Positions 47,922 to 56,922 of a stretch of DNA of 62,124 bases are shown here, piece after piece. A program made the translations under genes and the position numbers. Below the pieces are notes generated by a model. That model saw nothing but the letters and a program-made list of their open reading frames with translations, did not search any database and was not told where the DNA came from. Numbering within the stretch: the stretch's first letter is position 1; every line of letters begins with the position of its first letter. The DNA is from Flavobacteriales bacterium (GTDB taxonomy: Bacteria; Bacteroidota; Bacteroidia; Flavobacteriales_F; PHOS-HE28), in NCBI GenBank assembly GCA_016788285.1, contig JAEUSW010000063.1, forward strand, positions 1 through 62,124. Reading direction: 5' to 3'.

Positions 47922-49802
47922 TCATGGCAGTTGCTCGATCCGCGTGGCCGTGGGCACCACACCGCCGATGTTCACCAGCACCGGGTCCCGGTCGTTCGCC
48001 GATCCGGCGTACTTCACCACGCCATCCATGTTCACATCCTCGCGCCGGTAGCCCGTCGTGGTGGCCGTGGGCACCGAGCCGCCTACCGCGGTGAGGACCG
48101 GATCGCGGTCGTTGCCCGACCCGGTGTACTTCAAGCGGTCGTCGCGCTGCACATTGCCCGCCCACAGCACCCGCAGGCTCCCGACCGTCTTGCGCGCCTC
48201 CGTGCCGAAGGTGGCGGTGCCCGGCAGGCGCAGGTCCACGGTGGTGGCCGCAGCGGAGAGCGGCACCGGCGTGGCGGTCATCACCCCCAAGTGATTGCGA
48301 TGGCGCACAACGACATGATAGCTGCCCGGTCCCACGGTGAAGGGCAGGCTGGCCGACCCGTCGGCGGCCACGACGTCGCCATCGCGCTGCACGAGCCCCT
48401 GCCGGGTGGCCACCACGACCGACGGATACGCCGCGCTCCGCAGCTCCACCCGCACCCAGTCCACGATGGCGTTCGACCCGGTGCCCGCGAGCACGGTCGT
48501 GCTGGTGGTCTCGCCGCCTCCACCGGCCACCTGCGGCCAGCCCGCCGCCGTGTACGGCTCGGTGAGCGGGATGAGCCCCGACGCGCGCAGCGCATCGCTC
48601 ATCTGAAGGGTGGTGCCGTTGTACGGTCCTTCCAGCAGCACCTTGGGGGCCACGCGCACCACCGCCGTCGGGTCCACGATCCGATAGACCTGGCCCGTGA
48701 GGTTGTTGCAGGCGAACAGGTCGCCCACCACGTTGGCGCCGATGGCGGTGGTGCCCGCCATGCCGGTGCCCAGCACCGATGCCGTCCATCCACCTTGCCC
48801 GTCGGGCACCAGCGCGCGGAACTGCCCCTGGCAGTAGTCCGTGAAGATGTAGCGGCCCACCAGGCCCGGATACGTGGTGCCCCGATAGACCCGACCGCCG
48901 ATGACCGAACAATGGCCGTCGGCATGCGCCAGCACCTGCACGGGCGGCACATAGGCCGTGGGCGGATCGCAGCCGGCGAGGTTGAACGTGGCGTTGCCTT
49001 CATAGCAGCGCCATCCGAAGTTGGCGCCGGCCCCCGTGGCGGTGCTCACGCGGTCCACCTCCTCCCAGTTCCCCTGCCCCACATCGCCGATCCACACATC
49101 GCCGTTCGCCGGATCGAAGCTGAACCGCCAGGGGTTGCGCAGCCCACTGGACCAGATCTCCCGCAACGTGTCCGCCGGATCGGCCGTGGCGAACGGATTG
49201 TCCGCGGGGATCGTGTATCCGGCCCCCGATCCGACCGCGATGCGCAGCACCTTGCCGAACGGCAGCGCCATGTTCTGGGCCCGGTCGCCCGGGTCGCCCG
49301 CATCACCGCCATCGCCCAGGGCGAACCACAGGTGTCCGTCCGGTCCGAAGTGGAGGTCACCACCGTTGTGGTTCGTGTACGGCTGTGCGGCACTCCACAG
49401 GATGACCTGGCTGCCGGGCGTGGCCACGTCCGGATCGCCGCTCACGGAGAACCGGGCGATGCGGGAGACGCCGTTCCCCGTGCCGGCCGTGTAATGCACA
49501 TAGAAGAACCCGTTCTGTGCATAGTTCGGGTGGAAGGCGAGCCCCAACAGCCCCTGTTCGCCGCCCGCATCGAGCACCTGTGCACTGATGTCCAGGAACG
49601 GTTGTGCCGGTGTCGATCCATCCGGCCGGACGATGCGGATGCGGCCGGGCCGCTCCACCACGAACAGGCGCGCATCGCCGGCATGCGCCACCGCCACGGG
49701 TTCATCGAACACAAGGCCCAGCGGCTGCAGCTGGACCGATTGGGACCGCAGGCCACTGGCGGCCGACAGCACGGTGAGGAGCGCGCAGGTGAGGGATCGC
49801 AT
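47922..49802 (-). CDS. PQQ-dependent sugar dehydrogenase (soluble GSDH/YliI-like beta-propeller) with a ~245-aa C-terminal dockerin-like module
   Basis: GLLGLAFHPNY, NHNGGDLHFGPDGHLW and DVGQGNWEEV. The C-terminal module is homologous to that of the protease at 14958-17045. Confidence 0.85.
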   Translation of the reverse strand: MRSLTCALLTVLSAASGLRSQSVQLQPLGLVFDEPVAVAHAGDARLFVVERPGRIRIVRPDGSTPAQPFLDISAQVLDAGGEQGLLGLAFHPNYAQNGFFYVHYTAGTGNGVSRIARFSVSGDPDVATPGSQVILWSAAQPYTNHNGGDLHFGPDGHLWFALGDGGDAGDPGDRAQNMALPFGKVLRIAVGSGAGYTIPADNPFATADPADTLREIWSSGLRNPWRFSFDPANGDVWIGDVGQGNWEEVDRVSTATGAGANFGWRCYEGNATFNLAGCDPPTAYVPPVQVLAHADGHCSVIGGRVYRGTTYPGLVGRYIFTDYCQGQFRALVPDGQGGWTASVLGTGMAGTTAIGANVVGDLFACNNLTGQVYRIVDPTAVVRVAPKVLLEGPYNGTTLQMSDALRASGLIPLTEPYTAAGWPQVAGGGGETTSTTVLAGTGSNAIVDWVRVELRSAAYPSVVVATRQGLVQRDGDVVAADGSASLPFTVGPGSYHVVVRHRNHLGVMTATPVPLSAAATTVDLRLPGTATFGTEARKTVGSLRVLWAGNVQRDDRLKYTGSGNDRDPVLTAVGGSVPTATTTGYRREDVNMDGVVKYAGSANDRDPVLVNIGGVVPTATRIEQLP

Positions 49803-49917
49803 CGGCCGCTGGTTTCGGCCGAAGTTGGCCGCTCATCGCCGGCGTCGCCATCGGATCTCGGCCGAGCGCAGGGAGGGCACGGTCACCTTCCTCCTTCCTT
49901 CGACGACCGGCCGGGGG

Positions 49918-50727
49918 TCAGCGCGGGCCGGTGCCATGCTCCTCCTCCTTCGCACGGTCCCAGTACCGGTCCATCTCGGCCAGGGTCATCGCGCCCAGTT
50001 CACGCCCATCCTTTCGGCTTTCGCGCTCGAGGTACTGGAAGCGCCGGATGAACTTGCGGTTCGTGCGCTCCAACGCCTCGTCCGGGTCCACCCCGATGAA
50101 GCGCGCGTAGTTCACCACACTGAACAGCACATCGCCCACCTCGTCCGCGCGCCGGTCCGAAGCCGCATCCACCTCGCGCTTCAGCTCGGCGAGCTCCTCC
50201 TGGACCTTCGCCCACACCTGATCGCGGTGCTCCCAGTCGAAGCCCACGCCCCGCGCCTTGTCCTGCACGCGCACCGCCTTCACCAGGGAGGGCAGGCCGT
50301 TCGGCACGCCTTCCAGCACGCTGCGCTCCCCGGATGCCGCGGCACCCTTCTCCTGCAACTTGATCCGCTCCCAGTTGGCCTTCACCTCCTCCTCATCCTG
50401 CACCTTCACATCCCCGTAGATGTGGGGATGGCGGTGGATCAGCTTGTCGCAGATGCCGTTGAGCACGTCGGTGATGTCGAAGGCCCCGCGCTCGGACCCG
50501 ATCCGGGCATAGAACACGATGTGCAGGATGAGGTCGCCCAGCTCCTTGCGCACGCCGTCCAGATCCTCCTCCAGGATGGCGTCGCCCAGCTCGTAGGTCT
50601 CCTCGATGGTGAGCGGACGGAGGGTGGCCATGGTCTGCTTGCGGTCCCACGGGCAGCCGGTGCGCAGCTCGTCCATGATGGTCAGCAGGCGCAGGAAGGC
50701 TGTGGCCCGGGGATCGGTGGCGTTCAT
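49918..50727 (-). CDS. mazG: nucleoside triphosphate pyrophosphohydrolase MazG
   Basis: Start at MNATDPRATAFLRLL. CPWDRKQT, and tandem MazG EExxE motifs (TIEETYELGDA, ELAELKRE). Confidence 0.9.
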   Translation of the reverse strand: MNATDPRATAFLRLLTIMDELRTGCPWDRKQTMATLRPLTIEETYELGDAILEEDLDGVRKELGDLILHIVFYARIGSERGAFDITDVLNGICDKLIHRHPHIYGDVKVQDEEEVKANWERIKLQEKGAAASGERSVLEGVPNGLPSLVKAVRVQDKARGVGFDWEHRDQVWAKVQEELAELKREVDAASDRRADEVGDVLFSVVNYARFIGVDPDEALERTNRKFIRRFQYLERESRKDGRELGAMTLAEMDRYWDRAKEEEHGTGPR

Positions 50728-50731
50728 GCTG

Positions 50732-50739
50732 CAAAGGTG
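50732..50739 (-). promoter_or_regulatory. putative -7 box CACCTTTG, 4 nt upstream of the mazG ATG
   Basis: rc of caaaggtg. Confidence 0.35.
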
Positions 50740-50789
50740 CGATGGGAGCGGCTGCACGACCTACCTTTCGAGGGACAACGACGCCACGC

Positions 50790-51431
50790 ATGAAGATCGG
50801 CATCCTCGGTACGGGCATGGTGGGCCAGGTGCTCGCCTCCGGTTTCCTGAAGCACGGACATGAGGTGACCATCGCCACCCGCGACCCGGACAAGGTGGCC
50901 GGCTGGCTGGACAAGCATCCTACCGGCCGCGTGGGCACGCACAAGGAGGTGGGCGCCTGGGCCGATGTGATCGTGCTGTGCAGCAAGGGCACCGCCGCGG
51001 AGGCCGCCCTGCAGCTCTGCGACGCGGACGACCTGGCGGGCAAGACCGTGATCGACACCACCAACCCGATCGCCGACGCACCGCCGGAGAACGGGGTGTT
51101 GCGCTACTTCACCACTTTGGAGGACAGCCTGATGGAGCGTCTGCAACGAGCGAACCCCAGGGCGCACCTGGTGAAGGCCTTCAACAGCGTGGGCAACGCC
51201 TTCATGGTGGACCCGGACTTCGGCGGCATCCGGCCCACGATGTTCATCTGCGGCAACGACAGCGGCGCCAAGCAACGGGTGGTCACCATCCTCGATCAGT
51301 TCGGCTGGGAGGCCGAGGACATGGGCGGCGCGGAGGGCGCGCGCGCCATCGAACCGCTGTGCATCCTGTGGTGCATCCCCGGTTTCATCCGCAACCAGTG
51401 GACCCACGCGTTCAAGCTGCTGCGCAAGTAG
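50790..51431 (+). CDS. NADPH-dependent F420-reductase-like NAD(P)-binding oxidoreductase
   Basis: MKIGILGTGMVGQVLASGF Rossmann start. Family blocks VKAFNSV and IEPLCILW. Confidence 0.8.
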   Translation: MKIGILGTGMVGQVLASGFLKHGHEVTIATRDPDKVAGWLDKHPTGRVGTHKEVGAWADVIVLCSKGTAAEAALQLCDADDLAGKTVIDTTNPIADAPPENGVLRYFTTLEDSLMERLQRANPRAHLVKAFNSVGNAFMVDPDFGGIRPTMFICGNDSGAKQRVVTILDQFGWEAEDMGGAEGARAIEPLCILWCIPGFIRNQWTHAFKLLRK

Positions 51432-51512
51432 GGACGACCGGGCGCGGGCCCGCGCGGAGCGATGATGACCGCACGCCGGTGCGCGGTTACCTTCGCCGTC
51501 CGATCCATCCCC

Positions 51513-51905
51513 ATGAACCTCCTGTTGCGCACGCTCGGACTGATCACGGTCTGCACATCCCTGACCTCTTCGGCCCAGATCGCCCACGACCTCACGGTCT
51601 ATTCCGAGGATGGGCTGCCCTTCACCCTGGTCGTGAACGGCCAGACGATCAATGCGGAACCGGCCACCAGCGTCACGGCCTCGAACATCCACTTCGACTA
51701 CGCCACGGTCATCGCGCGCTTCGCGGACACGACCCTGCCGACCATCGAGCGCAAGAACCTGCAGATCGCCCAGCCGGGCACCGGGCCTAAAGGACCTGTG
51801 GCCGCGGTCTACGCCATCAAGGACAAGAAGGGCGAGATGATCATGCGCTTCGTCTCGCGCTCGGACAAGAAGATCCAGAACCCGTCGGTGATCATCCTGA
51901 ACTGA
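51513..51905 (+). CDS. hypothetical small secreted protein
   Basis: Signal peptide MNLLLRTLGLITVCTSLTSSAQ. I recognise no family. Confidence 0.55.
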   Translation: MNLLLRTLGLITVCTSLTSSAQIAHDLTVYSEDGLPFTLVVNGQTINAEPATSVTASNIHFDYATVIARFADTTLPTIERKNLQIAQPGTGPKGPVAAVYAIKDKKGEMIMRFVSRSDKKIQNPSVIILN

Positions 51906-51923
51906 GGCCCGCGCCGCACCGCC

Positions 51924-52454
51924 TCATCCCCGGGGCACGCACCGGTCCAGCACCGCGTTCAGCGCGTCCATGCTGTCGCACCAGCCGCCGACGTGGCTGT
52001 CCCGCGAGGACTCGGACGCTAGGCCGGTCTGCCGGAATTCCAATCGCGTGCGGCTTCCCTCCACGTGCAGGTCGATCGTGACGAGCGTCCGGTGGTGCGC
52101 CGGGTTCACGTCCACGGGGGCTTTCGCCCAGTGATGCGTGAAGGCGAGATGCTCGTACGGGCGGACAGCGGTATAGGTGCCATAGCTGGGGATGTCCTGG
52201 CCGTCCGGGGTGCGCATCACCACCTTCCAGGCGCCGCCATCGCGGACGTCCGCATCGGCGCTGATGGTGGTGAAGACCGCGCAACCGAACCAGTGCACCA
52301 GCATCGCCGGGTCGGTCCACGCCGCCCAGACCAGCTCACGGGGTGCATCGAAGACCCGCGTGATGCGGAGCTCATCCGCGGCCGGGACGGTGACGTGGTT
52401 CCGTTGCCGCTGCTCGCGGGCAGCTTCCGCAGGGGTGGTCGAGCGAGCGGTCAT
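51924..52454 (-). CDS. SRPBCC / AHSA1-like ligand-binding protein
   Basis: RVFDAPRELVWAAWTDPAMLVHWF N-terminal signature. Confidence 0.85.
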   Translation of the reverse strand: MTARSTTPAEAAREQRQRNHVTVPAADELRITRVFDAPRELVWAAWTDPAMLVHWFGCAVFTTISADADVRDGGAWKVVMRTPDGQDIPSYGTYTAVRPYEHLAFTHHWAKAPVDVNPAHHRTLVTIDLHVEGSRTRLEFRQTGLASESSRDSHVGGWCDSMDALNAVLDRCVPRG

Positions 52455-52457
52455 GGA

Positions 52458-52841
52458 TCACGCCGGCCGGCGAGCGGACGACCGCTTGTGGTAGAGCACG
52501 TAAGCGGACACGAGCAGCGCGATGAAGATCATCATGGGCGCCCAGGTGCCCACCGGGTCCCCCACCGCGATGAAGGAGCACGCTGCCGCGACCAGGTCGA
52601 TGAAGAAGCCGAAGTACGCCCACTCCTTCACCCGGGCAGGCACCCAGGGCAGCAGGATGGCGACCGCACCCAGCACCTTGGCGTACGAGACCAGCCGGAT
52701 GAAGTAGAGCGGATATCCCAGATGCTCATGCAGCAAGGCGACCGCATCCGGTTGAAGCGTGATGCCCCCGATGGACGAGAACACCATGAAGGCACTGAAG
52801 AGCGCGGTGACGATCCAATAAGCGAGGTTGAGGGTGTTCAT
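52458..52841 (-). CDS. DoxX-like membrane protein
   Basis: 127 aa from MNTLNLAYWIVTALFSAFMVF, with four TM helices. Confidence 0.75.
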   Translation of the reverse strand: MNTLNLAYWIVTALFSAFMVFSSIGGITLQPDAVALLHEHLGYPLYFIRLVSYAKVLGAVAILLPWVPARVKEWAYFGFFIDLVAAACSFIAVGDPVGTWAPMMIFIALLVSAYVLYHKRSSARRPA

Positions 52842-52900
52842 CGTTTGGGGTGAGGATGGGGGTGGATCATGATGTTCGTGCGGAGGATGACGTGACGTTC

Positions 52901-53278
52901 TCAGGTTCGCGCCACCTTCACCTTCTTCCCCGCGTTCCCCCAACGCCGTTCGATCTCCGCGCACTTCGTCCTCACGATGGCCTTCACCACCTCCGCGGGC
53001 AGCGGCCTCTCCGGGGTGAACCGGATGGCGCCCTTGCTTGTCCGAAAGCCCTTCAATTCCTCGTCCAGCCCCGGCGGAACGCCGCCGTACAACGCGCAAT
53101 GCGTCCTGGCCGCACCGATGTACACCAGTGGATGGCCAAGGAACTTGAACGCGGGCATGCCGTAGCCGAAGTGCTCCTCGATCCCGGGCACCGCGGCCAG
53201 GATGCGTTCCCGCAGAACCTCCAGGGCTTTGCGCTGTTCGGCCGGCAAGGCGGCGAAGTAGTCGTGCGTGGACCGCAT
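52901..53278 (-). CDS. DUF1801 (YdhG-like) protein
   Basis: MPAFKFLGHPLVYIGAARTHCALY and SKGAIRF blocks. Confidence 0.8.
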   Translation of the reverse strand: MRSTHDYFAALPAEQRKALEVLRERILAAVPGIEEHFGYGMPAFKFLGHPLVYIGAARTHCALYGGVPPGLDEELKGFRTSKGAIRFTPERPLPAEVVKAIVRTKCAEIERRWGNAGKKVKVART

Positions 53279-53281
53279 GCG

Positions 53282-53743
53282 TCAGCCGATGATCCAGTTG
53301 AGCTCGGTGCGGAAGGCGTTCGGGTCCCGCACCTCGTCCGGGTCGTTGAGGTAGCGCTCGATGAAGCGGCCGGTCACGGGCAGTTGCTGCTCCTCCACCC
53401 AGGACCTTAACGCCCCCCAGGCCTGCCCGAGCCCTTCATAGGGGCCCTCGTACACACAGCGCGCCACGCGCTCGGCCGGGAGCTTGGCGTTCCGCACGCG
53501 CCCCTCCTCCCTTACCGGGGCCGACACCGGGAAGCCGATGTCGAAGTCGAAGCTGTCGGTGGGCTTGCGGTGGTGATGGCAGAACATCGGGCCGGTGATC
53601 CGGAGCCCCTGACCGGTGATGGCCGCGATGATCTCCCGGATGGCGGGGTCCATGTGGCGGCCCATGTCCTGGCACGGGATCACCAGGTGGATGGTGGCGG
53701 TGGCCTCTTCGTTGGTGGTGGTGACCTCGGGCGTGGTGATCAT
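53282..53743 (-). CDS. GyrI-like small-molecule-binding domain protein
   Basis: Two-repeat GyrI fold (ATATIHLVIP...GPMFCHHH...ARCVYEGPYEGLGQAW). An upstream ATG at 53770 is an alternative start. Confidence 0.75.
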   Translation of the reverse strand: MITTPEVTTTNEEATATIHLVIPCQDMGRHMDPAIREIIAAITGQGLRITGPMFCHHHRKPTDSFDFDIGFPVSAPVREEGRVRNAKLPAERVARCVYEGPYEGLGQAWGALRSWVEEQQLPVTGRFIERYLNDPDEVRDPNAFRTELNWIIG

Positions 53744-53778
53744 GGCTCGATCGGAGTTGGGGTTCGGCATCCCGGCCG

Positions 53779-54168
53779 CTACACGAGTTCGATCCAAGCG
53801 CTGACGATGGCCCGCAGCGCGTGCTGTTCCGCCTGGATGTGCGCCGCGTCCTTGAACACGACCTGCGCCCGGTCGTTGCCCATCCACGTCAACAGGCCCA
53901 CCGGGTCGGGTATGCGATCCTTCAACACTATGCCCTTCGCCCTGGCACCGGCGTGCAGGATGATCATCGGCTGTTTCACATGCCTGGGGCCGTTCAGCGT
54001 GGCGAACCAACCCGTGGTGCGGAAGCTGGCGGTGTTCCATTTCACGCCTTCTTCGATCGCGGGATCCACACCGAGGATCAGGGCGCGCAAGGCATCGATC
54101 TCCTTGCGCAAGGGGTGATCGTGCGCATCCAGCAAGACGTTCACCGCAGGGTCGAAGCGCGCGGCCAT
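53779..54168 (-). CDS. DUF1801 protein
   Basis: IEEGVKWNTASFRT block; paralogous fold class to 52901-53278. Confidence 0.8.
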   Translation of the reverse strand: MAARFDPAVNVLLDAHDHPLRKEIDALRALILGVDPAIEEGVKWNTASFRTTGWFATLNGPRHVKQPMIILHAGARAKGIVLKDRIPDPVGLLTWMGNDRAQVVFKDAAHIQAEQHALRAIVSAWIELV

Positions 54169-54174
54169 GTGGGA

Positions 54175-54651
54175 TCAGCGTTGTAGCAGGAATTGATCAA
54201 GGCGCCGGTAGCCGACCTCCATCCCATCCCCCATTTCCATGGCGAGCACCCCATCGCGTACGGTCGGTGACTCATACTCAACGGTCAAGGTCATCAAGGT
54301 CGTGCCGCCTACTTCCGTCAGCACCATCGTTCCCACGGCTTCGCCGGGGTACCAAGCCTGATCGAACTTCTCCGTGGTCACCAAGCGTTCAGGCCGGACG
54401 ACCTCCTTGTACATGCCGCCCATGCCCATCTCCCGGCCATCAGCATGGCGCCACACCCAGCGGTAGGTGCCGCCCACACGCAGATCGATCTCGCACAGCA
54501 CAAGCGTCCAGCCGGTCGCGCCATGGAACCAGGTCAACGCCATGTCGACCGTGGTCATCGCATCGAAGACCACGGTGCACGGTGCCTGGAAGGTGCGCGT
54601 GATGCGGATCGCGCGATCTCCATGGGGAACGATCTCGACCTGAATGCTCAT
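54175..54651 (-). CDS. SRPBCC / AHSA1-like ligand-binding protein
   Basis: ITRTFQAPCTVVFDAMTT...WF and GGTYRWVW. Confidence 0.85.
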   Translation of the reverse strand: MSIQVEIVPHGDRAIRITRTFQAPCTVVFDAMTTVDMALTWFHGATGWTLVLCEIDLRVGGTYRWVWRHADGREMGMGGMYKEVVRPERLVTTEKFDQAWYPGEAVGTMVLTEVGGTTLMTLTVEYESPTVRDGVLAMEMGDGMEVGYRRLDQFLLQR

Positions 54652-54675
54652 GCTGAACGTGTTGAATGTATGCGC

Positions 54676-55092
54676 TCAGTTCCGTAGCTCCGCATACGCC
54701 CTGAAGCGGTCCAGGATGGCCTGCCAGCCGGCCCGCTGAATGTCCGCGCTGTTCATGGTCTCGGCGTCAAAGGTCTCGGTGATGCGGGTCCCACCCTCCT
54801 CCTCGGCGAACCGGACATCACAGGTCCGTCCATCGCTCATCGTGTACGCGATGCGCCGGTGCTCCTGGACATCGTCGTACACCCCTTCGAAGTCGAAGCT
54901 GAAGCTGCCATCGCGCGCGGCCATCGTGCTGCTGAACCGGCCTCCGGTCCGCAGGTCGTTCGCGGCGCGTGGGCAGTGCCAGTCGTCGCTGGCCGCGTTC
55001 CATCGCATGATGTGCGCAGGGTCGGTCCAGATCGCCCAGACGTGGGACACAGGCCTGTTGACCAGGGCGGATACGGTGATGCGGGTGCTCAT
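54676..55092 (-). CDS. SRPBCC / AHSA1-like ligand-binding protein
   Basis: VNRPVSHVWAIWTDPAHIMRWN and C-terminal GWQAILDRF. Confidence 0.85.
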   Translation of the reverse strand: MSTRITVSALVNRPVSHVWAIWTDPAHIMRWNAASDDWHCPRAANDLRTGGRFSSTMAARDGSFSFDFEGVYDDVQEHRRIAYTMSDGRTCDVRFAEEEGGTRITETFDAETMNSADIQRAGWQAILDRFRAYAELRN

Positions 55093-55165
55093 GGGTTTGG
55101 GATTGAAGGTGCGACAGGCGTCCAGCCCGTTGCGTGATGGTCGGTTCCTCTTCGGCGTGCAGCGA

Positions 55166-55669
55166 TCAAGACCGTCCGGATGTGAGCAGGCCCTCCAGCT
55201 GGTCGAGCCCGGTGGTGAAGCCTTCGCGGAAGCCCATGGTCACGATCCGCTCCAGGTCCTCCGGGGTGTCGAACTCGATCCGCACCTTCACCCAGGTACC
55301 GCTCCCGTGCGGGGCGAACCGGCTCTCCCACAGCATGCGCGGCATGTCCATGTTGATCCGCCCTTGCTCATCGCAGAAGCCGTCCCGGCCGGAGAAGCAG
55401 GTCTTGGGCTCGACCTTCTCATAGTCGAAGAAGCAATGATGGCGGTCGCCTTCGGGGCCTTCCATGCGGTAGCTCCAACGACCGCCCGGACGCAGATCGA
55501 GCGCGGTGATCACGCATGCGTAGGGTTTCGGCGCCCACCATTGGCACAGGAGCTCCGCTTCGGTCCAGGCGGCCCAGACCCGATCGAGCGGTGCGTGGAA
55601 GGAACGCTCCACGGTGATGGTGCGATCGGCCTTGTCGACGATGAAGTGGAAGAGGGCGGAGGTGGGCAT
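55166..55669 (-). CDS. SRPBCC / AHSA1-like ligand-binding protein
   Basis: ERSFHAPLDRVWAAWTEAELLCQWW. Confidence 0.85.
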   Translation of the reverse strand: MPTSALFHFIVDKADRTITVERSFHAPLDRVWAAWTEAELLCQWWAPKPYACVITALDLRPGGRWSYRMEGPEGDRHHCFFDYEKVEPKTCFSGRDGFCDEQGRINMDMPRMLWESRFAPHGSGTWVKVRIEFDTPEDLERIVTMGFREGFTTGLDQLEGLLTSGRS

Positions 55670-55691
55670 GGCTCAGGGTGTGTGCGACGGT

Positions 55692-56102
55692 TCAGGGGAT
55701 GAGGCGGTCGGTGAGCGCGTAGAGCCGCTCCTCCCACCGATCGGTGTAGCCGCTGGCGATGAGGAGGGCCGGCGTGATGGGCGGGACGGGCGTGACACGC
55801 ACGGTCACCGTGGTGAGCACGCCATCATCCTCGAACGCGACCGCGACGCGGACCACATAGATGCCGTCGGTCTCCACGGCCTCCAACCAGGCCGGGCCCG
55901 CGTGCGTGATGGTGAAGCGGGCGGAACGCATCGGCATCAACCAGCGGGCGCGCAAATGCGGGTCCGTCCATTGCTCGGTGGCGGCCGCCAGCGATGCCCC
56001 GGCCGCGCGACGGAAGCACAGGTCGTGGCGCACCGGCGCAACCGGCTGCGTACCCTGGAGTGGTGCCACAGGGCGGTCGAAGTAGAGGCTTCCTTCGCGC
56101 AT
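55692..56102 (-). CDS. divergent SRPBCC-like protein
   Basis: EQWTDPHLRARWL motif. 1-nt overlap with the arsR stop. It is the weakest member of the paralogue set. Confidence 0.6.
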   Translation of the reverse strand: MREGSLYFDRPVAPLQGTQPVAPVRHDLCFRRAAGASLAAATEQWTDPHLRARWLMPMRSARFTITHAGPAWLEAVETDGIYVVRVAVAFEDDGVLTTVTVRVTPVPPITPALLIASGYTDRWEERLYALTDRLIP

Positions 56103-56452
56103 CAGCGGGGTGCCTTATTGCTTTGCAGGTCCGCCAGGAAGGCGTCCAGCCGATCGAAGCGGGCCTCCCACAAGGCCCGGTACCGCTCGATCCACGCATC
56201 CGCCTCCTTCAGCGGTGCGGCCTGTAGTGCGCACGGACGCCATTGCGCTTCCCGGCCCCGCTGGATCAGTTGCGCGCGCTCGAGCACCTTCAAGTGCTTG
56301 CTCACCGCCGGCAGGCTCATCGCGAACGGGGCCGCCAGTTCGTTCACCGAGGCCGGACCGGTGGACAAGCGCGCCAGGATCGCCCGGCGCGTAGGGTCGC
56401 TCAACGCATGGAAGGTCCGGCTAAGGCGGTCGGCGGCGATGGCGGGGGACAT
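56102..56452 (-). CDS. ArsR/SmtB-family winged-helix transcriptional regulator
   Basis: FHALSDPTRRAILARL and ELAAPFAMSLPAVSKHLKVLERAQL. Confidence 0.9.
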   Translation of the reverse strand: MSPAIAADRLSRTFHALSDPTRRAILARLSTGPASVNELAAPFAMSLPAVSKHLKVLERAQLIQRGREAQWRPCALQAAPLKEADAWIERYRALWEARFDRLDAFLADLQSNKAPR

Positions 56453-56479
56453 GGGCGTTCCGGTCGACGGGGCGAACTT

Positions 56480-56498
56480 ATTAAACCTTTTGGTTAAT
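56480..56498. promoter_or_regulatory. candidate ArsR operator: imperfect inverted repeat ATTAAACC-TTTT-GGTTAAT in an AT-rich patch
   Basis: It lies 28 nt upstream of the arsR ATG, inside the only strongly AT-rich stretch of this intergenic region (56476-56511). Confidence 0.3.
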
Positions 56499-56631
56499 TA
56501 CAAAATTGACCATCCGGCATGGGCTGCCTGGCGCTCCGTCCGTGGACCGCTGCCCGGCCTCCATCGACGCACACGCCGGGTTCATCCACCCCCTGCGCGG
56601 CAGCACGGCACCTGCTTACCTTGGCCACGCC

Positions 56632-56922
56632 ATGAGCGAGCCCATCGTCTACTTCGGCCGCAACGCCAGCATCATGGCGCTGGTGCACCACCAGCTGCGC
56701 AGTGCGGGGCATGTGGCCGAAGGCTTCATGGAGGACGCCCCGCTGTTCGCACGCCTGGAGAGCGGCCCCACCGCGCTCCTCATCCTCGGCGGCGGCGTGG
56801 AGGAAGGCCCCCGCCAGGAGCTGCGGACCTTCTGCTCCGCGCGCGGCATCCGTCTGCTCGAGCACTTCGGCGGCCCCGACCAGCTGCTGGAGAACGTGCG
56901 CGCGGCCCTGGCCAACGGATGA
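56632..56922 (+). CDS. hypothetical 96-aa protein (alpha/beta, no family recognised)
   Basis: The ATG at 56632 is preceded by TACCTTG plus 8 nt. Its stop overlaps the start of the DsbA-like gene. Confidence 0.55.
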   Translation: MSEPIVYFGRNASIMALVHHQLRSAGHVAEGFMEDAPLFARLESGPTALLILGGGVEEGPRQELRTFCSARGIRLLEHFGGPDQLLENVRAALANG

